From Myxococcota bacterium (lineage in GTDB: Bacteria > Myxococcota > XYA12-FULL-58-9): a stretch of DNA of 64,000 nucleotides. The translations under genes and the position numbers were made by a program. Within the stretch, counting starts at the first letter, position 1. Each line of letters opens with the position of its first letter. Of the stretch, positions 54,220-64,000 are shown one piece after another. The stretch is taken from the NCBI GenBank assembly GCA_036736205.1, contig DAINMX010000002.1, positions 6,001-70,000 on the forward strand. Reading direction: 5' to 3'. The notes beneath the pieces are model-generated. The model had not been told where the DNA came from. It saw nothing but the letters and a program-made list of their open reading frames with translations, and did no database searches.

Positions 54220-57200
54220 GTGTGGCGCAAATTGTTCATCATAGCGGCAATCATCTGCTGCATAGTCGCGGGAGCCGTCATTGCTCTCAAGAGTCGACGA
54301 GTCGCCGACAACCTCAAGGCCTACCTCGTCCGCCAGGCACACGACCAATTTGGCGTCACCTTGGCGATGGCAGATCTCGAGGTGGAGCTACTGCCCCCCG
54401 GCATCAGCGTGAACCAAGTCATTGTCCAGCAAGCCGATTCTGTTGAGCCGTGGATTACCTTGCATCGGGGGCGTTTGCTCGTGCGTCCTTGGCCTTCGGC
54501 TGCTGGCGCTTTTGTCATACACAATCTCGAGCTCGACGGATTGCGTGGCGACATTGACCTGCGGGGTAGGGATGACCTCCTCCGACCCGGCGGTAACGCC
54601 CGATCTCACATGGCAGTCGACATACGCGAGCTCTCGGTGTGGAACACATTTGCAAGCCTGCGCACGGACGACTTTGACATCACTATCGAACGGGGAGACT
54701 GCCGGATGCGCCCCTCATTGGCGGGGCGGCAGATCGAGGTTCGGGTTGGCAACGCCATTCTCAGACGTGATGATCACCCCGTCAGCTTCGAGCTACAGAC
54801 CCGTGGCCTGCTGCGCGGCTCCGTCGATCGGCCCGAACGACTGGAGATTGTACGAGGTCTCTTGGCCCTCAGAGGTGTAACGCTAAGCGCCACAGGCGGT
54901 GTTTCCCTCACAGGTTCCCAATCCCTTGACGCGGTTATCGAAGCCCACGCACCTCTGGGATTGGTCAACCAGCTCACCACCGAAGCCCCGCAGATGGGTG
55001 GCAACGCCGAGATAAGGATCGAGGTGAGCGGATCGACATCTGCCCCCAAGAGTCGCGTACACCTTCTGCTGACCGATCTGGTGGTTGAGCGCAAACCCCT
55101 TGGCACCGTGGAGATTGACGCCACCCACACCCCGGAGCGAATCGCCTTCGATTCCGTTCGTGTCAGCCACCCCATTGCCGGATCTGTTACCGGCAGCGGT
55201 GTTCTTAACCTCGATGAGAGTCTGTCGCTCGAGCTCAACGCTCGCCTTCACAGCGCGTCGTTGCCCCACGTCCTCGACCTCGCGGATATGCCCGATACCT
55301 GGGTGCCGGTGTACCTCAACGCTGACGTTCAGGGCAGCGGCAGCTTCAATCCATTTCGGTTGAATCTCGAGTTGGGTGGCACGGTCGAACGCTTCGCGGT
55401 TCTCAACGACAGCTATCGCAATCCTGACGCTGTGCGCCTGATGTCGATCCCTGAGGTCGGCATCGAAGGAAGTTTTTACATCACTCGGCGGGCCATAACT
55501 TTCGATCACATAGCGCTCTCCCGCAATGAGAGCATCCTACACGTAGAAGGTCCTATCTACTTTGACGCGTCCAAAGGCATTGATTTGCGCGCCTGGACCG
55601 AACACATCCAAATGGCCGACATTGGCGCCATCGCGTCGGTGGAGTACGAAGGAAAGGGAGCGCTGGCCGCCACAATCCAAGGTCCGCTCATCGGTGCCCC
55701 CATCATCTCGGCGACGCTTGAGCTCGACGACTTCGCTGTTCAAGGTTTTTTCCTCGGTGATATTAAGAGCACCCTGGTATTTAGCGATCCCAACCTCACC
55801 ATCGGTCGAGCCACTGTCAAACGCAACGAGGGCACCGTAGAAGCCTCCGGTGCCTTCAATTTCGCAACCGAGATGCCCCGTGTCCACGGTGAATTTGCAA
55901 TCAAGAACATCAACATCAGCGACGTTCTTGAAACCCTGGAGGTCGACGAGAGCATCTCGCAACGCTTTCACGCGCGCGTGGACGGCTCAGTCTCACTCTC
56001 AGGGCCCGTGACTCGACCGGCGGGACTGGTGGCCGTGTCTGGTCCCGACCTGCGCATCAACAACATTCATCTCGGCCGCCTTGCCGTGCATGGTGGATTC
56101 TTTCGCGGCAATGAAAACATTTGGAGTGAGTTTCAAATCGAGCCCAAAAAGGGCAAGCTCGACGGGCGCGTCGCCTGGCTAAACGACGATACCCTGGAAA
56201 TCAGCGGCGATGCCGTCTCTGTCCCACTGGCACTTGCCCAACCATTCTTTGGCAACCCGGAAATAGAGGGTCGTCTAACCGGCAAGGTGAGCTTGCACGG
56301 CCCCAACACTGCGCTCTCGGGCACCATTGATGCCAACGTCGCAGGTTTGGTCGTCTCTGGGGTGCGCCTCGAAACCGCAAGCCTCGGTGCTACACTCGAG
56401 CGGGGCAAGATGAAGGTGACTGGCACAACCCTGGGCAACACATCCCGCGTCGATGCCACCATCGCACTTGGTGAGAAGCTGCCCTTCACCGCCACCGCAA
56501 CCTATCAACGCCTCGAGCTCGGCCGCCTCATCGACTTGCCTGCAAATCTCAACATCGTGACCACTGGCACCATGTTCGCCCAAGGAGACATGACCGATCC
56601 GGAGAACGTCATCGCCGATCTTCACGTCGAGGCCGCCGTGTTTGAATACGATGATCTCGAGCTGCGCTCCTTGCGACCGATCCGGCTCGAATACGCTGGC
56701 GGCCTCGTCCGTATCGAAGACATGATCATTTCCGGCAACGGCCTGCAGCTAAGCGCTGCTGGGCACCTCTATTCAAAGGAAGGTGTCAACCTGCAGATTC
56801 TAGGCGTGGGTGACCTCAGGCCCTCGATTCGTAGATCTGCCAACCTCGATTGGTTGCGCGGCCGATTTGACGTCGGTGGCCGCATCACCGGACAATACTC
56901 ATCCCCAAAGGTAACAGGTAACGCCAGTCTGTCGGATGCCGCTTTGCGACTGCCGGGAACTGGGCAGATTCTCGAGAAGATCAACACGAAGTTGGTTTTC
57001 TCGGGACGCACCGTCACCGTCGAAACCGGCTCGGCGATACTCGGTGGTGGAACTGTGCGCTTCGCGGGCAGCGGCCTTTTGCCGGTTGATGGCGAGAGTC
57101 AGCTAAACCTGCGTGCCGATCTCGACTCAGTCACCTTGTACCCGATGTTGGAAGTCCAGACGGTGGTGTCGGGCAACCTGAACCTCATCGGGCCCCTAGA

Positions 57201-58116
57201 CGGGCTCGCCCTGCGCGGTCGATTGAAGCTCGACTCCCTGCGCTATTCCGCAAACTTCGACCTCAACACGCTGGTTCCCAAGAGCAAAGCGCCGCTGCGT
57301 GTGACCACCCTCAATCCGAGCTCAGCCATCGAGCTCGGTGTCGCCATTTATGCCCCAAACAACATCATCATTTCCAACAACGTAGTGGACGCGGAGCTCC
57401 GAGCTGACCTCACCATCACCGGCACAACCGAGCGGGTCGGCTTGGTCGGCAGCATCACACCCATCCGAGCCAAAGCCCGACATGGCGACAATGAGTTTGT
57501 GGTCCATCGAGGCACTATCGATTTCACGGAGGAGTTCCGTATCTTCACTCAATTCGATCTGCACGCCACCACCGAGGCCTGCAAGATGAAGATCGGCGTC
57601 AACGTGCACGGCGATTCTGATCATGTCGCTGTGAGCTACCGCGGCGAGGATGACAACGGCAGGGCTGTCGACCAAAATGAGGTATCAACCTGTATCCTTG
57701 TGGGCATGCGCCAGCAGGACATTGACCGCCTTACCGCTGCAACCAGTCAAAACGACGCAGCCAACGCACTCAGCAATCCATTGGTGCAGGGCGGACTCGA
57801 CGTCCTGTGGACCGTTTCTGGCATGGACGCCAAGGTTCGCAAGCTTCTGCCGATCAAGTTGGATCGCGTACGCCTGGAGAGCGCCTGGTCGCCGCAGTTT
57901 CGGCGCACCACCACTCGTGTATTGGTCGGCAAAGATCTCGGTTCCGACGTACAACTCGAATACGCTCGATCCATCGAGGAGGTGGACGACCAAGCACTGC
58001 GCATCGAGTATCAACTCTCCGGCGTTGCGGCTCTCGAGGGGAACTGGCTGAGCGCTGGAGACGTCTCGGTCGAGGACTTTGGCCTCGATCTCAGACTCAG
58101 GTGGGAGTTCGAATAG
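54220..58116 (+). CDS. tamB: TamB/AsmA-like translocation-and-assembly module protein (N-terminal TM anchor, long beta-rich body, DUF490 C-terminus)
   Basis: 1298 aa. GTG start. Membrane anchor LFIIAAIICCIVAGAVIAL. Repetitive beta-strand-rich sequence. The C-terminus ...DVQLEYARSIEEVDDQALRIEYQLSGVAALEGNWLSAGDVSVEDFGLDLRLRWEFE is typical of TamB. Confidence 0.8.
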   Translation: MWRKLFIIAAIICCIVAGAVIALKSRRVADNLKAYLVRQAHDQFGVTLAMADLEVELLPPGISVNQVIVQQADSVEPWITLHRGRLLVRPWPSAAGAFVIHNLELDGLRGDIDLRGRDDLLRPGGNARSHMAVDIRELSVWNTFASLRTDDFDITIERGDCRMRPSLAGRQIEVRVGNAILRRDDHPVSFELQTRGLLRGSVDRPERLEIVRGLLALRGVTLSATGGVSLTGSQSLDAVIEAHAPLGLVNQLTTEAPQMGGNAEIRIEVSGSTSAPKSRVHLLLTDLVVERKPLGTVEIDATHTPERIAFDSVRVSHPIAGSVTGSGVLNLDESLSLELNARLHSASLPHVLDLADMPDTWVPVYLNADVQGSGSFNPFRLNLELGGTVERFAVLNDSYRNPDAVRLMSIPEVGIEGSFYITRRAITFDHIALSRNESILHVEGPIYFDASKGIDLRAWTEHIQMADIGAIASVEYEGKGALAATIQGPLIGAPIISATLELDDFAVQGFFLGDIKSTLVFSDPNLTIGRATVKRNEGTVEASGAFNFATEMPRVHGEFAIKNINISDVLETLEVDESISQRFHARVDGSVSLSGPVTRPAGLVAVSGPDLRINNIHLGRLAVHGGFFRGNENIWSEFQIEPKKGKLDGRVAWLNDDTLEISGDAVSVPLALAQPFFGNPEIEGRLTGKVSLHGPNTALSGTIDANVAGLVVSGVRLETASLGATLERGKMKVTGTTLGNTSRVDATIALGEKLPFTATATYQRLELGRLIDLPANLNIVTTGTMFAQGDMTDPENVIADLHVEAAVFEYDDLELRSLRPIRLEYAGGLVRIEDMIISGNGLQLSAAGHLYSKEGVNLQILGVGDLRPSIRRSANLDWLRGRFDVGGRITGQYSSPKVTGNASLSDAALRLPGTGQILEKINTKLVFSGRTVTVETGSAILGGGTVRFAGSGLLPVDGESQLNLRADLDSVTLYPMLEVQTVVSGNLNLIGPLDGLALRGRLKLDSLRYSANFDLNTLVPKSKAPLRVTTLNPSSAIELGVAIYAPNNIIISNNVVDAELRADLTITGTTERVGLVGSITPIRAKARHGDNEFVVHRGTIDFTEEFRIFTQFDLHATTEACKMKIGVNVHGDSDHVAVSYRGEDDNGRAVDQNEVSTCILVGMRQQDIDRLTAATSQNDAANALSNPLVQGGLDVLWTVSGMDAKVRKLLPIKLDRVRLESAWSPQFRRTTTRVLVGKDLGSDVQLEYARSIEEVDDQALRIEYQLSGVAALEGNWLSAGDVSVEDFGLDLRLRWEFE

Positions 58117-61100
58117 CGTGTCAGCTCTGGTCCTCCTGGCTGTGATTGCCGCCGGCCAAGTCTCGGGCGACGCTCTGGCACCCTATCGTGGCCAGACCGT
58201 TTTGTCTGTGGATGTATCCGCATCAGAGGACATCGATGTCGACGAGCTGCGTTCACTCATCGACATCCAACCTGGCTATCTCCTCTCATCCGACGTCGTG
58301 GGCGACGCACTCAAACGTCTGTATGCCCTGGGACGTTTCTCCGATGTCGGAGTGACGGCGGAGCGTCTGTCTGGAACCGTGAGTTTGCACTTCTATGTCC
58401 GACCGATCCGACGCCTTGACGAGCTGGAGATCAAAGGCCTCGAGAACGCGAGCGAAACTGAATTGCGCCGGGCGCTCGCCACCAAATCCGGTTCGGAGGT
58501 GGACAGTCGCACGGCGCAGCGACTCGATAACGCGGCAACTGACTATTTGCGCTCAGCGGGATTCCCAGCGGCCAAGGTCGACGTGAGTCTGGCATCTGCG
58601 CCAGACGCGGCCATGGTTTCGTACGTCGTCACCGTGGTCGAGGGAACACCCACTCGAGTGCATAGGGTCCGGTTCACTGGCCGACCTCGGCTGGCCCCAT
58701 CCATCTTGTCAAATCTGGTAGAAACTGAAGAGGGAGGCATCCTGCACCAGGGTACCGTTGAGACTGATGCCAAACGGCTACGTGATGCGTACCGCGCCCA
58801 CGGTTTTCTCGAAGCGGAAGTCTCTACACCACGGATGACGACCGAGGGCAGCCAAGCCGTGGTCAATTTTCCAATTCAGGCTGGAGACCACATCGTCATT
58901 GAGGTCGAGGGGAGCACCGTTCTCACCCGCGGGGATGTGGTTGCCCTATGGCCAACATCGGACAACAAGCCGCAACCGGCTGACCTTGAGCTCTTCGCTC
59001 AGCGACTCGAGGCACACTATCGACAAATCGGGTTTCTTGACGCCCAGGTGACCCTCAGGTCGAAGCGCGATGCTGCCAAGGAAGAAACAATCTATCGTCT
59101 CCGAATTCGCGAAGGCCCCATTGTCCGAGTCACCCGTATCGTGTTTCCCGGTGCCAATGCCATCCGACCAAAACTACTAGAGGCACAGATTCGTTCGTAC
59201 CTCAGTCGGGAGCTCGAAACAGGGGAGTTTTTTCAGCGAATCCGTGCTGCCCACAAATGCCTCGCCTGGCCAAGAAGTATGGACGGTGGCAAGCAGGGCT
59301 GCGCCGTGCCCATTCCCGATCCGGAGGATCGCTGGATCACCGACACCTACAAAGACGCCCTCGACGAAATCACAGCAGCATACCATGCAATAGGTTTTCG
59401 CAACGTCAAGGTTGGCCCCGTGGAGTCTCGGCGGCGCGAGAATGACATCTCAGTGACAGTCCCTGTCGTCGAGGGTACGCAAACGACCATTGCCGCCATT
59501 GCCTTCAGCGGCAATGAAGCCTTCACGGCCGCTGAACTCCTGGAAACCGTGGAGGCGGCGGGCTCCGAGGATGGTGTCGCACAACGGCTGAATGCCCCGT
59601 ATTCTGCTGCCGACATCGAAGACGCCCGCATCGCGATACTCCGTCGCTATCGTGATCTCGGTTATCTTTATTGCCACGCGTTCACGACGGAGAAATTCTC
59701 CCATGACGGCCGCGACGCCGAAGTAACCTTCCGCTTCGAAGAAGGACCACAGGTGCACATCGAGCGCATCCTGGTACGCGGTAACCGTTATACAAACGAC
59801 AGCGTCATTCGCAGTCGCATTTCCACGAAGCCTGGAGACCTCTATCGACTCGACCGAGCCCTCGCCGACCAACGCTCCATCGCCGAGCTCGGAGTCTTCT
59901 CTAATGTCCGGGTGAAGATTATCGACGAGGAGAAGCCCGCGGAGCGAAAAGACATGGTAGCCGAGGTAACTGAGCGAGGCCGCCACTCTATTGAGGGAAG
60001 GTTCGGCCTCTCCTCAGCCGAAGGGCCCAGGGTTTCTGCCTCCTACTCCCACAACAATGTATTGGGAACGGCGTCGACCTTTTCTACCTCCCTGCGCTTG
60101 AATCGCCAATTGTTTTTCGGCCTTTACGGCGAGCATTCGGAGCTGATGGCCAACCGCTACGAGACGCTCAGCGCTATCGATCAATTGGAGCGTGCACTCC
60201 GTATCGGGTTGCAGTCGCCCAAACAAAAAGGATTGCCCTTCGATCCGTTGGCCCGCATCGATCTCGTGCACGAACGGGAAAACGCCATCTCCTATTTGAG
60301 TGATTCCTATTCAGCTATCCTTGGCGTCGACTTCACGCCGACGAACTCTTTGACTTTCTCTATTGAGCCACAGATCTCCTACACCAACATTGCTTGCGAG
60401 GAGTTGTTGGGCACCAAGAAGTGCACAGAGGAGCTGCTCACTCAACGCCTCAGTGGCCGCCGCGCCATCGACTTGGGAGCACGCCAGGCGGTACAGCTGA
60501 GTCCCAGCATCACTTTGGATAAACGAGACAACGCGTTCAATCCGACCCGGGGTTTCTATGCCAGCATCAAGGGCGTCTACGCCATTGGACGTGCACAACC
60601 CCCCGCGGCCACCAGCGCGTCGAGTCAAAACACCGTCAGTCGGGAATTCGAACCCACCTCGCTGCCCGCGGCTCCCTCCCCCCCTCCTCCCGCAGAACGA
60701 ACGTTCTCGTATACCCGCGTCGAAGCTCGGGTCTCCGCATATGTGCCCACCAATGGGCTCGTCCTCGCCGTTTCCGCAAGAACCGGCATCGTTGGCATCA
60801 TCGATGGAGACGTACCCATCGACGAGCGTTTCTTCATTGGCGGGCGGAGCACGCTGCGGGGGTTTCCCGAAGGCGGAACAGTCATCCCGGAAGATGCTTG
60901 TGTTTATGACTCGAGTATCGACGGAGATGAGGAGTTCACCTGTGGTGGCGTTCCAGAGCGCAAGAAGCTGGGACGGACGGCAGACGAGGCACCGCTGAGC
61001 ACCGGGGGTGAGTTCTTTCTACTCTTCAAAGTCGAAGCCCGCATTCCCATGGCGCTGTTTAGCGACAATGTGTCGTTGGGCTTCTTTATGGACTTTGGCA

Positions 61101-61282
61101 ATCTTTGGATCGAGCCCCCAACGATCAAGGACCTATCCTTCCGCGTTGGCACAGGTGTTGGCATCCGGTGGGCGTCACCGGTTGGACCTTTGGCGCTCGA
61201 CATAGGCGTCAATACAAATCCCAAATCCATTAATGGCGAGCCTTCGGCACCCCTGCCACATTTCTCGGTGACGGTCTTTTAG
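58117..61282 (+). CDS. Omp85-family outer-membrane protein (POTRA domains + C-terminal 16-strand beta-barrel; TamA/BamA-like)
   Basis: Start at the GTG at 58117 immediately after the tamB stop (signal peptide VSALVLLAVIAAGQVSG). The ORF track offers an alternative ATG at 58079 inside tamB. Omp85 barrel terminus ...GTGVGIRWASPVGPLALDIGVN...HFSVTVF. Confidence 0.8.
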
Positions 61283-61303
61283 CCCGCTCTCTCGTGACCA
61301 ATG

Positions 61304-61870
61304 TCAGATCGGCGTCGAAGGTGCCTCCTCGGACAGGCCCTGTTCGAGCACGATCCCCACCGTGTCCGCTAGAGCCTGCAACAGCCGCAGGGTGTCGGCA
61401 TCCAGGGGCCGCTCGAGCCGTAGCCACAGGGCGCCGATGGTATCGTTTAGGCCACGGATCGGAATGAGCACACACTTCCCGACCACCAACAACTTGCCTG
61501 TGGTGGAAACTTCCGCGCGTTGTTGCTCTGCGGGCAAGGGAGAAACGTCCCCGACTGAGATAAGGGGCCAAGCCGTCGGCCGCTCCAGAAGCAAACAGCA
61601 ACCCGTGCCGCCGACTGCGTCGCAAATTCGGGTAACCAGATCCAATCCCAATTCAGGAGCAGCACGCGCCCCAATGAGGTCCCGAGCAATGGCACCGAGC
61701 CGTGTACGTCGCTTTTCGGGGTCTTGAACGGCGCGATCGAGACAGGCCCGCATCTCCTCGAGTCCCTCGAAGAACGTATCGATGAACGAACGGCCACACA
61801 GCTCCGCATGATCCGCGGCGACGGATGGCAGAATGCTTTCCTCAGATGGCTTGACCCTGCGAGACACCAA
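61304..61870 (-). CDS. Stand-alone GAF-domain protein
   Basis: 188 aa. GAF-like fold signatures (ELGLDLVTRICDAVGGTGCCLLLERP ... GKCVLIPIRGLNDTIGALWLRL). Confidence 0.55.
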   Translation of the reverse strand: MVSRRVKPSEESILPSVAADHAELCGRSFIDTFFEGLEEMRACLDRAVQDPEKRRTRLGAIARDLIGARAAPELGLDLVTRICDAVGGTGCCLLLERPTAWPLISVGDVSPLPAEQQRAEVSTTGKLLVVGKCVLIPIRGLNDTIGALWLRLERPLDADTLRLLQALADTVGIVLEQGLSEEAPSTPI

Positions 61871-61893
61871 ACCTATATACCGCCATTGTTGCT

Positions 61894-64000
<2,107 letters not shown>

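Overview
This 64-kb window is a high-GC (~65%) chromosomal segment with dense, overlapping genes on both strands. The surface-protein domain repertoire (FG-GAP/integrin-like repeats, MopE-like Cys-rich repeats, PPC domains, many lipoproteins) and the abundance of c-di-GMP signalling look myxobacterial (Myxococcota-like); that is an inference from sequence alone. No rRNA, tRNA, CRISPR array, transposase or integrase was recognised.

Housekeeping blocks are ftsE-ftsX-M23 peptidase-ctpA, valS, coaBC, kdsB-pyrG (pyrG runs off the window end), tamB plus an Omp85 barrel, and a methylmalonyl-CoA mutase catalytic-domain-only subunit.

Signalling blocks:
- A minus-strand Che-like operon (MCP-CheW-CheY-CheA-CheC) with no CheR/CheB. 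It continues into a LarC N-domain protein and a GAF-PAS-PAS-HisKA protein that has no ATPase domain.
- A membrane GGDEF cyclase in an operon with PhoH2.
- An MshEN (c-di-GMP receptor motif)-FHA protein.
- A two-gene operon encoding a 1151-aa REC-PilZ-PilZ-alpha/beta-hydrolase-like-SAM methyltransferase protein followed by a membrane HK-REC-HD-GYP hybrid. This is the most unusual system in the window.

Other notable content:
- A cluster of three secreted proteins: two tandem paralogues and a 1173-aa Cys-rich protein with six PPC domains.
- A GT-C glycosyltransferase next to a 1619-aa FG-GAP adhesin.
- A low-GC, probably horizontally acquired, calpain-like protease gene.
- A degenerate-looking accessory patch at 21-26 kb with tandem SEC-C motifs, two probable frameshifts, a 40-nt direct repeat at a gene 3' end, and a small-ORF / minimal nucleotidyltransferase / zinc-ribbon membrane protein module.

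All domain calls come from reading the translated ORFs by eye, with no database search.
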